DNA of 37,290 nt from Campylobacterota bacterium (GTDB lineage Bacteria > Campylobacterota > Campylobacteria > Campylobacterales > Sulfurimonadaceae): positions 1 to 37,290 of the forward strand of contig JAYEKO010000064.1 of the NCBI GenBank assembly GCA_034661055.1, written 5' to 3'. The notes beneath the pieces are model-generated. The model worked only from the letters and a program-made list of their open reading frames with translations, ran no database searches and had not been told where the DNA came from. The position numbers were made by a program, and so were the translations under genes. This document shows, one piece after another, positions 22,694 through 33,156 of the stretch; position 1 is the first letter of the stretch; the number at the start of each line of letters is the position of its first letter.

Positions 22694-25600
22694 ATGAAAA
22701 CAATTTTTAAAATAATAATTAGTGTTTGCATATTACAAGGTGTCCTTTTTTCCGCAGAGAAGAGTTTAGAAAAAGTAAGCTTACAACTTCAATGGAAATA
22801 CCAGTTTCAATTTGCAGGCTTTATTGTAGCTAAAGAGTTAGGCTATTATGAAGATGTAGGTTTGGATGTCACACTACTAGAGTACAACAATAGTACAGTT
22901 ATTGAAGAGCTAGAGCAAGGAAAAGTTGATTTTGCTCTTAATAATAGTCTCTTAGCATTTCATGATAATAAGCTAAGTAAAGTGAGTTTACTTGCTACAT
23001 ATTTTCAACGATCTCCTCTTGTAATTATTGCACAGCCAGAAATCAAGTCCGTTTTAGATCTTAAGTCAAAACGTATTATGATGAGTAATAATAACCGCTA
23101 TAATAGTTCACTCTCTATTCTTTTAGACTATTTTGAAATTGATGACACTAATGCAGATTTTATAAAACCATCTTTTAATATTGAAGATTTTATTGATAGA
23201 AAAGTGGATGCAGTAACCGCCTTTCGCTCAAATGAGCTCTATACGCTTGATAAAAGAGAAGTTCCCTATACGGTTCTTGATCCTGTAGAGCATGGATTTT
23301 CTACCAATGCAATTAATCTTTTTACTTCCATAGAAAAAATCAAAAACAGTCCCAAACAGATTCATGATTTTCTCTTAGCATCAAAAAAAGGGTGGGAATA
23401 CGCTTTAGCAAACATCGAAGAGGTAGCCACACTCATTCATGAGAAATATCAACCTAATAAAAGCATTGAACATCTTATTTATGAAGGCAAAATTACTAAA
23501 AACCTAATGTTGCTAGACCTTTATAAAATAGGTGAAATTAATAAAGAGTTTGTCTTAAAAACATTTAAGCAACTTATCAAATCAGAAAAAATAGATGCTG
23601 AGTCTAATTCGGAATATCTTTTCTTTGAATATGCCAAGCCAGATACTTTATTGGAGCTAAGCTCTTTAGAGCAACAGTGGATCGAAGAGAACCCCAGTGT
23701 TATATTTACAGGTGATCCAAACTGGTTACCTTATGAGGCCTTCACTTCAGAGGGAGAATATATTGGAATAGTCTCGCAATATCTTAAGCATATTGCTTTG
23801 GCTACGCAATTGCAATTTAAACCATTGGTGGTATCAACATGGAGCCAATCACTTGAAAAAGCAGTAAATGGTGACGTTAAAGTAATTTCTGGTGATATTT
23901 CTAATGAGATATTGAATAAAAACTTTAATCCAATAGAGGCTTACAGTCATAGTCCTATTGTAATAGTAATGGATATGCATGAAAATTATGTACAAAATCT
24001 TGAAGATATAGCAGATCGTCGTATAGTGATTATTAAAGATTATGGTTATACAGCAGATATCTTTAAAGAGTACCCAAATATCGACTTTATAGAGGTTGAA
24101 AATATCCAAGAGGGACTCGAAGGTATTGCTGAGGGACGTTTTGATGCAATGTTAGCAACTATGGCGCTCGCAAGTTATACAATATCTAATGAGCAGTTTC
24201 ATAATCTAAGAATTGTTGGAAAAACTCCTATAGTTATGGACTTAACACTTTTTGTATCTAAAAGTGAACCTGAACTTTTTAGTATCATCTCTAAGGGCTT
24301 GCAAAGTATTACAAAAGAACAAGAGAATGAGATTTTTAAGCATTGGACACAAAAAGAGCCTATTGAAAAAATAGACTATACTCTGTTGGGGCAGGTATCA
24401 GCAGTATTGATTTTGCTTCTTATTGGTGCTATCTTGTGGAATCGACGTATGCATGCTGAGATTTTAAAACGCCAAAAGATTCAAGAAAGTTTAGAAGCAA
24501 GTGAAAAAGACCTTCAAATAATTTTTGAAAATGCACAATCAGGCTTGATGTTTATTACAGGTGAGCGCGTTTTACTAAAAGCCAATAAACGCTTAGCAGA
24601 TATCTTAGGCTATGAGAGTGGCGAGGAGATGATTGGCTTAAGTATGCGGCAACTGCATCTCTCGCAAGAGCGCTTTGTAGAATATGGAAAATTAAACTTT
24701 GATACACTCCGTATGGGGGTTAATCGCAATATTGAATACCAACTGCAAAAAAAAGACAAAAGTGCTGTCTGGTGCGAACTCTCAGGGAAGACTATTGATG
24801 AGAATATTCCAGCAGATATGACTCAAGGTGTTTTATGGACTATAAATGATATCTCAAAACGTAAATCACTTGAAGAGCATAAGCAAAAGATGCAAGAGCT
24901 TATAAAAGCTGAACGTGATCGCAGTGATCTCTATCTTGATACTGCGGATGTTTTATTGATTGCTCTAGATCATGAAGCACGAGTGACAATGCTAAACCGA
25001 AAAGGTGAAGAGTTACTTGGATATTTGGAGGAAGAATTACTGGGAAAAGTGTGGTTCGAGTTAGGAATTTTACCTGATGATATTACTAAAAATGTAAAAG
25101 AGTTTTTCTTAGAACTTTTAACAATGCAAGAAGCACCTCGTGAAGAGTTTATACATCATCTTTATACTAAAGATAAGCAAAAGTTAATGTTCAGTTTTCA
25201 TAGCGCATTGCTATTTGATGCAGAGCATAACTGTATAGGTCTCTTAAGCTCAGGGATGGATATAACAAAAAAAGTTGAGGCTGAAAAAGCGGTTGAAAAA
25301 CAGCATGAATTTTTAAAGACAGTTATGAATAGTGTTGGAGAATCCATTATGGTAATCGAAAAAGATTACACAATCTCTTTGATGAATGAAGAAGCTAAGA
25401 AAATGCTCAATAAGAGATATGTTGCAGATATTTTAAAACCAAAATGTTATGAAGTTTCTCACCATAGAGATACTCCATGTGATGGGATACAACATCCTTG
25501 TCCTTTACAACATGTATTAGAGACAAAATCAGTAAACCGTGTCATGCATGTTCATCAAGACAGTGATGATGTTCCTCATTATGTAGAACTTACAGCTGCC

Positions 25601-26968
25601 CCACTCTTTGATGAGAATGCTGAGATCAGTGCTATTATCGAAAGTGCTCATGATATAACTAAACTGAAAAATGCTCAAGAGACTTTGCAATATCAAGCTG
25701 AACATGATGCGCTTACTAATCTTCCCAATCGTATATTATTTCTTGATCGCCTCAAGCAAGCTATGAAGCGTGCAAGTCGTGCAGATGAAAAAATAGCAGT
25801 ACTTTTTATTGATCTTGATCACTTTAAAGAGATTAATGACTCACTAGGACACAGTGCTGGAGATCTTCTTTTAAAAGATGTCTCTAGCCGTTTATTGGAG
25901 GCAATCAGAGAGAGTGATACCGTAGGACGTTTTGGTGGTGATGAATTTGCTATTGTTATTGATCAGATTAAATCTATTGAAGTTATCAGTAGTATAGTCC
26001 AAGGCATTATTAATGCAATGAAAGAGCCTTTTTTAATTGAAGCACACCAATTTTATGTGACAATGAGCATAGGTATAGCTGTTTTTCCTGATGATGGAGT
26101 AGATGTAGAAACTTTGCTTAAAAATTCAGATGTTGCGATGTATAAAGCTAAAAATAGTGGTCGTAATAATTATCAATTTTATACTGAAGATATGACAGAA
26201 CGTGCATTTGAGAGGATTGTTCTTGAGACACAGTTGCGCCAATCTTTAGAAAAAAATGAGATGCAAGTCTATTATCAGATACAAGTAGATGCACTCAATA
26301 ATACTATTGTTGGAATGGAAGCCCTTGTGCGATGGAATCATCCTGATATGGGGATAGTTTCACCTGCAAAATTTATTCCTTTAGCTGAAGAGACAGGTTT
26401 TATTATTGCTCTTGATGAGTGGAGCATGCTTGAAGCGATTAAGCAGTATAAAGAGTGGTATGCACAAGGTCTCAACCCAGGTATATTATCGCTGAATCTT
26501 TCTCCTATTCGCTTAGAACAAGATGGTTTTATTGAGCGGTTAAAAGTTATTTTAAAAGAGAGTGAAGCAGATACCTCATGGCTCTGCATGGAAGTAACGG
26601 AAGGTCAGATGATGCGTGATCCTCATGCTGCAATTAAGACACTAACAGAGATTCATAAACTTGGAATTCGTTTAGCTGTTGATGATTTTGGAACAGGGTA
26701 TTCATCTTTAGCATATCTTAAAAGACTGCCTATAGATAAACTCAAAATAGATCAATCTTTCATTAGAGATATTCCTGATGATAGTGATGATGTTGAAATT
26801 ACACGTACTATTATAGCTATGGCAAAAGGGCTGAACCTCTCTATTATTGCTGAGGGTGTTGAAACGAAAGAGCAAAAAGAGTTTTTATTAGAACATGGCT
26901 GCAATGAAATTCAAGGCTATTTTTACCATAAACCTTCTCCTGCCGATAAGATAAAGCTAGAAGTCTAG
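22694..26968 (+). CDS. Sensor diguanylate cyclase/phosphodiesterase: NMT1/THI5-like SBP, SBP_bac_3, TM, 3 PAS, GGDEF, EAL
   Basis: LQLQWKYQFQFAGF..A.E.GYY; DPNWLPYE; HDALTNLPNR; RESD I-site then GGDEF; MEALVRW; DDFGTGYSSL; IAEGVET. Confidence 0.92.
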   Translation: MKTIFKIIISVCILQGVLFSAEKSLEKVSLQLQWKYQFQFAGFIVAKELGYYEDVGLDVTLLEYNNSTVIEELEQGKVDFALNNSLLAFHDNKLSKVSLLATYFQRSPLVIIAQPEIKSVLDLKSKRIMMSNNNRYNSSLSILLDYFEIDDTNADFIKPSFNIEDFIDRKVDAVTAFRSNELYTLDKREVPYTVLDPVEHGFSTNAINLFTSIEKIKNSPKQIHDFLLASKKGWEYALANIEEVATLIHEKYQPNKSIEHLIYEGKITKNLMLLDLYKIGEINKEFVLKTFKQLIKSEKIDAESNSEYLFFEYAKPDTLLELSSLEQQWIEENPSVIFTGDPNWLPYEAFTSEGEYIGIVSQYLKHIALATQLQFKPLVVSTWSQSLEKAVNGDVKVISGDISNEILNKNFNPIEAYSHSPIVIVMDMHENYVQNLEDIADRRIVIIKDYGYTADIFKEYPNIDFIEVENIQEGLEGIAEGRFDAMLATMALASYTISNEQFHNLRIVGKTPIVMDLTLFVSKSEPELFSIISKGLQSITKEQENEIFKHWTQKEPIEKIDYTLLGQVSAVLILLLIGAILWNRRMHAEILKRQKIQESLEASEKDLQIIFENAQSGLMFITGERVLLKANKRLADILGYESGEEMIGLSMRQLHLSQERFVEYGKLNFDTLRMGVNRNIEYQLQKKDKSAVWCELSGKTIDENIPADMTQGVLWTINDISKRKSLEEHKQKMQELIKAERDRSDLYLDTADVLLIALDHEARVTMLNRKGEELLGYLEEELLGKVWFELGILPDDITKNVKEFFLELLTMQEAPREEFIHHLYTKDKQKLMFSFHSALLFDAEHNCIGLLSSGMDITKKVEAEKAVEKQHEFLKTVMNSVGESIMVIEKDYTISLMNEEAKKMLNKRYVADILKPKCYEVSHHRDTPCDGIQHPCPLQHVLETKSVNRVMHVHQDSDDVPHYVELTAAPLFDENAEISAIIESAHDITKLKNAQETLQYQAEHDALTNLPNRILFLDRLKQAMKRASRADEKIAVLFIDLDHFKEINDSLGHSAGDLLLKDVSSRLLEAIRESDTVGRFGGDEFAIVIDQIKSIEVISSIVQGIINAMKEPFLIEAHQFYVTMSIGIAVFPDDGVDVETLLKNSDVAMYKAKNSGRNNYQFYTEDMTERAFERIVLETQLRQSLEKNEMQVYYQIQVDALNNTIVGMEALVRWNHPDMGIVSPAKFIPLAEETGFIIALDEWSMLEAIKQYKEWYAQGLNPGILSLNLSPIRLEQDGFIERLKVILKESEADTSWLCMEVTEGQMMRDPHAAIKTLTEIHKLGIRLAVDDFGTGYSSLAYLKRLPIDKLKIDQSFIRDIPDDSDDVEITRTIIAMAKGLNLSIIAEGVETKEQKEFLLEHGCNEIQGYFYHKPSPADKIKLEV

Positions 26969-27016
26969 AAGAGTGGATTTATTACCACTGGGCGTACTTC
27001 CAACAGGGATGAGCTT

Positions 27017-28000
27017 TTAAAAAATGCCATCTAGTGCATGAGAACAGTTTGGGCAAGCACCATCAATAAGACTGTTTTTGGTAATATTAAAGTCTCCTCT
27101 CTCAATAAGCAGCTCCCCACACCTTGAACACAAGGTCGGATTTTCATAGCCAACATTTCCAATATACATGTATTTCAAACCTACCCTTTTGCCGATGTTG
27201 TGGGCACGTTTTAAAGTCTTTAATGATGTTGATGGAAGGTCTTGCTCTTTATAGTCCGGATGAAAGGCTGAGATGTGCCATGGGGTCTCTGCTCCAAGTT
27301 CATTGGCTATAAATGTAGCGATGGATTCAAGCTCTTTATTACTATCATTTTTTGTGGGAATAATGAGTGTTGTTACCTCAATCCATATGCCATTCTTTTT
27401 GAACTGTTTGAGGTTTTGTAGAATTTTTTCAAGGTCTCCACCGAGCTCTTTTTTGTAGTAGTTAGCATCAAAAGATTTTAGGTCAATGTTGGCGGCATCA
27501 ATGATGCCTCTCATGTCATCAATTACCTCTGTTGACTCAAAGCCATTACTGACAAAGAGATTTTTAATGCCAAGTTTTTTAGCCTCAAGGGCAATATCTT
27601 TAGCATAAGGGTAAAAGATGGTAGGTTCATTATAGGTGTAGGCAATGCTTTGACACGCATGCTCTTTTGCCAATTTAGCAATATGTAAAGGAGCATAGTA
27701 ATGATCTTTTTTAATATGCTTCTCTTGAGAAATTCCCCAGTTTTGACAAAATGGACAGTGAAAGTTACATCCTGCTGTACCGAGTGACAATGATCTGCTT
27801 CCAGGTAAGACATGGTAAAGTGGCTTTTTTTCAACAGGGTCAATATTGATAGCTGCAGGATAGCCGTAAACCAGATTTTCAATGGCATTGGCGATATTTT
27901 TATTGACACCACAAATACCTACTTGATCTTCTTTGAGTTTACAGTAGTGCTGACACAAAAGACAAGTAACCCTGTTTCCAGAAACTTCGTAATATTTCAT
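27017..28000 (-). CDS. amrS: AmmeMemoRadiSam-system radical SAM enzyme
   Basis: CLLCQHYC..GICGV, DPVEKKPLYH, GCNFHCPFCQNW, YTYNEP, NIDLK, SAFHPDY, C-terminal CxxC pairs. Confidence 0.9.
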   Translation of the reverse strand: MKYYEVSGNRVTCLLCQHYCKLKEDQVGICGVNKNIANAIENLVYGYPAAINIDPVEKKPLYHVLPGSRSLSLGTAGCNFHCPFCQNWGISQEKHIKKDHYYAPLHIAKLAKEHACQSIAYTYNEPTIFYPYAKDIALEAKKLGIKNLFVSNGFESTEVIDDMRGIIDAANIDLKSFDANYYKKELGGDLEKILQNLKQFKKNGIWIEVTTLIIPTKNDSNKELESIATFIANELGAETPWHISAFHPDYKEQDLPSTSLKTLKRAHNIGKRVGLKYMYIGNVGYENPTLCSRCGELLIERGDFNITKNSLIDGACPNCSHALDGIF

Positions 28001-28060
28001 ATATAATTGTAGCTTATTTTACAATAGTTAGGAATTAATCTATAATTTCAAAATTAAAAC

Positions 28061-28152
28061 ATAAGTAGTGGAACATAAATAATTTCATAGCCTTGAATCT
28101 AAACCTTTTAAATGCTGTTGAACTATGAAGTTATTTTTGTTCCGCTACTTAT
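28061..28152. mobile_element. 92-bp MITE-like element with 30-bp terminal inverted repeats
   Basis: ATAAGTAGTGGAACATAAATAATTTCATAG (28061-28090) against CTATGAAGTTATTTTTGTTCCGCTACTTAT (28123-28152): 27/30 complementary, 32-nt spacer. Confidence 0.6.
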
Positions 28153-28179
28153 TGGACAAGAAGTCTATAAGGGAACTTT

Positions 28180-29211
28180 ATGGCATTTTCACCTGAAAAA
28201 CGTGTGGGTACAATTAATGGAATTATTTTTGTAGCTATCTTTGCCGCAGCAGCAACCATGGTTGCTAATATTGGAGCCGTGAGTGCTTTAGGAATATCAC
28301 CGCTGGTTGTGGGTATTGTTATTGGTATTTTTTATGCCAATACACTGCATAATCAGATTCCCTTGGCATGGGAGACAGGAATTGTCTTCTCAGGTAAGAA
28401 AATCTTACGATTTGCTATTGTCTTTTATGGCTTTCGAATCACCTTTCAGCAGATTGCTGAGGTTGGTATGGACGGTTTTTTAGTCTCTCTTATTATGCTC
28501 TCAACAACGTTCATCTTAGGAACCTATTTAGGACAAAAAATATTTAAGATGGATAGAGACACATCAATGCTAACGGCATCAGGTGCTTCGGTATGTGGCG
28601 CAGCGGCTGTTTTGGCAACAGAGCCTGTTTTGAAGTCAGAAGAGCATAAGACGGCAGTAGCGGTCTCAATGGTTGTTCTTTTTGGAACGATTGCTATGTT
28701 TTTGTATCCAGCACTCTACTCTGCTGGTGTCTTTGACATGACTAACCGTGAGTTTGGTATTTTTGTTGGTGGAACTATTCATGAAGTGGCGCAGGTGGTT
28801 GCAGTTGGTGGAGCCTACGGTCAAGAGGCGAGTGATGCAGCAGTCATTGTAAAGATGACACGTGTTATTATGATTGCACCAATGCTTATTTTACTTGGAA
28901 TTTACCTCTCTTATTCCGCGAAAAAAAGTGGTACCGAAGGAGGTGGTGTAAAACTTGTCATACCTTGGTTTGCAGTTTATTTTGTCGGCATGGCAGGGTT
29001 TAACTCACTTCATATTGTTCCTGAAAATATTGTTGCAGTAATTAATGAGATTGACACTTTTTTACTAACTATGGCAATGACAGCACTGGGTATGGGGACA
29101 CGTTTTGCAAAATTTAAAGGTCTAGGCATGGCACCTCTATATACGTCAGGAGCGATGTTCGCATGGCTAGTCATCGGTGGATATTTTATTACTAAGTGGA
29201 TTGTGGCATAA
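28180..29211 (+). CDS. YeiH-family (putative sulfate exporter) membrane protein
   Basis: About 10 hydrophobic segments; GASVCGAAAV, GGTIHEVAQVVA, VIVKMTRV, IPWFA, AMTALG. Confidence 0.9.
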   Translation: MAFSPEKRVGTINGIIFVAIFAAAATMVANIGAVSALGISPLVVGIVIGIFYANTLHNQIPLAWETGIVFSGKKILRFAIVFYGFRITFQQIAEVGMDGFLVSLIMLSTTFILGTYLGQKIFKMDRDTSMLTASGASVCGAAAVLATEPVLKSEEHKTAVAVSMVVLFGTIAMFLYPALYSAGVFDMTNREFGIFVGGTIHEVAQVVAVGGAYGQEASDAAVIVKMTRVIMIAPMLILLGIYLSYSAKKSGTEGGGVKLVIPWFAVYFVGMAGFNSLHIVPENIVAVINEIDTFLLTMAMTALGMGTRFAKFKGLGMAPLYTSGAMFAWLVIGGYFITKWIVA

Positions 29212-29247
29212 TAACAGAGGTATTTGTTTAACCTCAAGGAAACTGTT

Positions 29248-30576
29248 ATGAAATTTATAGTTATTTTTGCACTGCTTTTAGTATCACTTTTAGCCTCTTC
29301 TGGGGCAATAAAACCAAAAAAAAGCCTTACTGTTTTGACTCGTAATGCCCCTACAACATATTATTATGGAGCAGATGATAAGCCTCGAGGTTTTGAATAT
29401 GACATGGTTAAAGCCTTTGCATCAGACCGGGGATATGATGTTAATTTTACGGTAAAGCCATCAATAAAAGAGGTTTTAGAAGCGTTGTCTTACGGTGAGG
29501 CTGACTTTGCTGCGGCAGGCTTAACCAATACTCCTAAGCGACAGCGTTTTTTTCTTATGGGACCAGATTATTATGATGTTCAAGAGCAGGTCATTTGTGG
29601 ATACAAAAAAAATCCTAAAAGCACTCAAGATCTACTTCAATATAAGATTGAGATTATTAGAAACAGCAGCTATGCTGATACAATGAAAAAAATTAGAGGT
29701 GGATTACCATCGCTTAGCTGGAAAGAACATGAGGGGTTTACCACCGAGCATATTTTTGAGCGAATAAACCAGAAAAAGGTAGAGTGTACTGTTGCAGATT
29801 CTCATATTGTCTCTATTAATCGTCGTTATTATCCTAGAATGAACGTAGCGTTTGCTGTGAGCGAAAAGGAGTCATTAGCATGGATGCTTCCTAAGTCAAA
29901 CAAGTCTATCGCGCTACAAAAAGAGATTCAGCACTGGTTTAAGACATTCAAGAAGTCTAAAAAATTCACAACATTAAAAGATACCTATTTTGCACATGTG
30001 GAAATCTTTGACTATGTAGATATTAGAACCTACCATGAGCGTATAAAATCAAGACTCCCAAAATACTTAAAGATATTCCAGGCGGCAGGAAAAAAGTATG
30101 ACATTGACTGGCGACTTTTAGCGGCTCAAGCCTATCAGGAGTCACACTGGAATCCTAATGCAAAAAGCCCAACAGGGGTTCGGGGGATGATGATGCTGAC
30201 ACTTCCAACGGCAAAACAGATGGGAATTAAAAATCGTCTTGATCCAAAGCAGAGCATTGAGGGCGGTGCAAAATATATGGCACGTCAAATAAAATATGCC
30301 CCCAAAAATGTCAAAGGAAAAATTGATCGTGTTAAGTTTGCTCTTGCTGGTTACAATATTGGACGAGGGCATATTTATGATGCCATTAAATTGGGAAAAA
30401 ACTTGGGAAGAAACCCTTACATATGGGTAAATATGAAAAAAATACTCCCACTACTTTCTGAACGAGAACATTTTAAGGAGCTACGATACGGTTATGCACG
30501 TGGTCATGAACCTGTACATTATGTGATACGTATTAATAACTATTTTGATATTTTACAACAGTACTACGACAAGTAG
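29248..30576 (+). CDS. mltF: Membrane-bound lytic murein transglycosylase F
   Basis: SBP-like N-domain (TRNAPTTYY, GFEYD, AAAGL) plus SLT domain (AAQAYQESHWNP, SPTGVRGMMMLT, YNIG.GH, GYARG.E); ATG 29248 after AAGGA. Confidence 0.9.
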   Translation: MKFIVIFALLLVSLLASSGAIKPKKSLTVLTRNAPTTYYYGADDKPRGFEYDMVKAFASDRGYDVNFTVKPSIKEVLEALSYGEADFAAAGLTNTPKRQRFFLMGPDYYDVQEQVICGYKKNPKSTQDLLQYKIEIIRNSSYADTMKKIRGGLPSLSWKEHEGFTTEHIFERINQKKVECTVADSHIVSINRRYYPRMNVAFAVSEKESLAWMLPKSNKSIALQKEIQHWFKTFKKSKKFTTLKDTYFAHVEIFDYVDIRTYHERIKSRLPKYLKIFQAAGKKYDIDWRLLAAQAYQESHWNPNAKSPTGVRGMMMLTLPTAKQMGIKNRLDPKQSIEGGAKYMARQIKYAPKNVKGKIDRVKFALAGYNIGRGHIYDAIKLGKNLGRNPYIWVNMKKILPLLSEREHFKELRYGYARGHEPVHYVIRINNYFDILQQYYDK

Positions 30577-30595
30577 TATCTGTTTTTTTTAAGCG

Positions 30596-32593
30596 TTAAA
30601 AGAGCTTGTTAAAAAACTTTCCAAGCTCTTTTTTAATTGCCTTATTTGCCTCTTGTTTTATGAGGTCTCCTGCGTCAACTTTCACTTTTGGTTTGGTTAC
30701 ATCACCACTAAGCTTAACCGTGATAGGGTGCTTGTTGGCAATGAGTTTTAAATCTGCTTTAATCTGATTGGTTTTGGTGTTAAGCAGAAGCTTCTCATCT
30801 GTTATGGATGCTTTATTTGACTTCATCGAGAGATTTGTTGTGATTAGGTCTTGATTAATATCGCTATTGAGTGTCGTATTAAATCGCTCTTTATAAAGAT
30901 TGAATTTTGCATATTGCTTGGTTAAGTCAGCAACCTGATTTTTTGTAAATTGACCATTAGAGAGATGACTCTTTAAGGTACCCTTTTTTAGAGCAATATT
31001 ATAGTCTAGTTTCCCATTAAGTGATGATTGAAAAACCTCTGGATAGTAGAGCATCTTTAACATTTTTAGCGTTTGCAGATTTTGAAGTTCTGCATGAAAG
31101 TCATCATTATGAAGTTTAGCATCAATGGTACCATCAAGTGTTTTTGAGTGTGCAGTAAAATCAAGCTCCTTGCCCTGTTTTACATCACCATTGAAGGCAA
31201 TAGCACCACGCATTTTCTGCCCAGTTACAAAGTAGAGTTTACTGAGGTCAAGAACTCTTAGCATGTAGTCACTCTCAAATGAGTTCTCTTTAATGTTAAA
31301 TAGACTCGATGCTGTAGAGAGTGTGACAAGATTAGAGTTTAAATTAACTTTATTGAGAAGTGAGTCACCTTTTAGTGTTGTATCGGCATTGAGATGAAAT
31401 GTGACTTGAGGCATGGGCTTAAAGCCGAACTCTTTAGCTGTGGTTCTGCCATCAATAAGGCCTTTTGAAATGGTTGTGTTAATAGTCCCGTCAAGCTTTC
31501 CGGCAGTAACATTTTTAATACGTATTTTACTGTCAAGTAGAGCACTGTTTAAATAGTGAGGCTGTTCTAGCATGTAGAGAAGGGTTTTAAGGTTAAGATT
31601 TTTAACATCTGCTGTAATGCTCTGCGCTTGGAACTCTTTAAGGGTAGCACTAAATGTAGTGTTACTGCTGGCAAGATCACTTGAGCCTTTTACATGTAAA
31701 AGATTTTTATCCCCTTGGGCAGTTCCCTTAAGGTTAAATTTTCCACGAAGGGGTGCATTGGTAATTGGTTTTAGTAGCTCTAGCATGGCAATTTTTAGCT
31801 CATAGCTCAGGTCCATAGCAGTAGTATCGGGTTGGACTGAACCTTTAGAGTTAAACTTGGCAAGGTTGGAGGCAAGAGCAATACTGTAATCGACATTTTT
31901 GCCCTCTAGTTTGGTAGTGCTCTTAAGTGAAAACTCTGTTTTAGGCAGTGTGACATTAAAGTCGCTCTTCATCAAGGCAATATCGATATGACCATTTTTT
32001 AGGCTGGTTTCAATAGCTCCTTGAAGATTTTTTGGATCGACAGAGCTCATATTGGCATTTACATGTAATTTGGAAATTGCATAGGGTGCTTTACCTACAA
32101 GAGCAAGAAGTTCTTCTGTTTTAGCTCCGTCAATTACCGCTTTAATGGAAGATGGATTGAGGTTGGTGAGAGTGACATCATAAGCAGTTTTAGAGCTTGC
32201 AATGTCACTAGAGCCTTTAATGTCAATTTTCTTAAGGTCACCAATAGCGGTTCCTTTGGTGTGAAATACTCCATAGAGCTTCTCTTTGGTTAGTGGCTCT
32301 AGTGCTTCAAGGTTGTTTAGCTCAAGGTTGTAATTAACATTAAAACTTTGTGCAAAAAGTTCATAAGAGCCCGAAGCAGTGATGATATTTTTTGGTGTCA
32401 GTGCTAAGACAATATTAAACTCACTGCTATCAAGTACAAAAGTTTTAAGAGTACTTTTTAGCTGTAAAGCACCATTGATTTTCTTCTCAATAGAAGGAGC
32501 TACAAGACTATTTCCAATTGAAGTAAACGCAAGTCCGTAGAGAGCAGCCGCAATCAATAGCAGCGTTGCAAAAATAATAGAGAGAAGTTTCAT
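30596..32593 (-). CDS. Membrane-anchored periplasmic repeat protein (AsmA-like architecture)
   Basis: N-terminal TM helix; three related units (Y.L....L..L...T...L.G.....G); C-terminal VKLSGDVTKPKVKVD plus amphipathic tail. ATG 32593 after AAGGA. Confidence 0.7.
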   Translation of the reverse strand: MKLLSIIFATLLLIAAALYGLAFTSIGNSLVAPSIEKKINGALQLKSTLKTFVLDSSEFNIVLALTPKNIITASGSYELFAQSFNVNYNLELNNLEALEPLTKEKLYGVFHTKGTAIGDLKKIDIKGSSDIASSKTAYDVTLTNLNPSSIKAVIDGAKTEELLALVGKAPYAISKLHVNANMSSVDPKNLQGAIETSLKNGHIDIALMKSDFNVTLPKTEFSLKSTTKLEGKNVDYSIALASNLAKFNSKGSVQPDTTAMDLSYELKIAMLELLKPITNAPLRGKFNLKGTAQGDKNLLHVKGSSDLASSNTTFSATLKEFQAQSITADVKNLNLKTLLYMLEQPHYLNSALLDSKIRIKNVTAGKLDGTINTTISKGLIDGRTTAKEFGFKPMPQVTFHLNADTTLKGDSLLNKVNLNSNLVTLSTASSLFNIKENSFESDYMLRVLDLSKLYFVTGQKMRGAIAFNGDVKQGKELDFTAHSKTLDGTIDAKLHNDDFHAELQNLQTLKMLKMLYYPEVFQSSLNGKLDYNIALKKGTLKSHLSNGQFTKNQVADLTKQYAKFNLYKERFNTTLNSDINQDLITTNLSMKSNKASITDEKLLLNTKTNQIKADLKLIANKHPITVKLSGDVTKPKVKVDAGDLIKQEANKAIKKELGKFFNKLF

Positions 32594-32649
32594 CACATCA
32601 TCCTTATGTTTGTTGTATTTTAGCACTAATGCTCTTAGAATTTATCATT

Positions 32650-33156
32650 TTAAAGATTATTGCAAAGAACCTCTCCCCAAACCTCATAAGCAGCAGAGTT
32701 TAAATGTACACCATCTACGGTATAGCGAGTATTCAAAATACTATTATCACTTAAATGGCTATTAATATCAAGAAATTGAAGCGAGTGCTCTGTTGCAAAG
32801 TTTTGTAAGTGAGCATTGAGCTTAGCAACCTTGCTATTAAAAAACTCATATTCATACATATCCTGAGAGACATAAAGAGTTGACTCTATAATTACATGTA
32901 TATTTAAATTTCTAAAGTACTCAATAATCATCTCATACCTATCAAAAATATCGTCTGCATTTTCTCCTGATGCAAGGTCATTAATACCTGCCATAATACA
33001 GACTGTTTTTACATGTAAAAGGTTCATGGCATCTAATCGATAAAGCATACCATAAGTAGTATCCCCATTAATGCCTTCATTGATGATATCATCTCTATGA
33101 AGCAGTTGGCTCCAATTTCCCTCATAAGTAAGTGAGTCACCAAGCATGAGTAACAT
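32650..33156 (-). CDS. SGNH/GDSL-family esterase/lipase
   Basis: Blocks GDSLT, NEGINGD, AGIND, DGVHLN. Confidence 0.9.
   Translation of the reverse strand: MLLMLGDSLTYEGNWSQLLHRDDIINEGINGDTTYGMLYRLDAMNLLHVKTVCIMAGINDLASGENADDIFDRYEMIIEYFRNLNIHVIIESTLYVSQDMYEYEFFNSKVAKLNAHLQNFATEHSLQFLDINSHLSDNSILNTRYTVDGVHLNSAAYEVWGEVLCNNL

Noticed and set aside
26972..26990. AGTGG-N8-CCACT hairpin between the GGDEF-EAL gene and amrS
   Set aside because: 5-bp stem with no U-tract; too weak to call a terminator.
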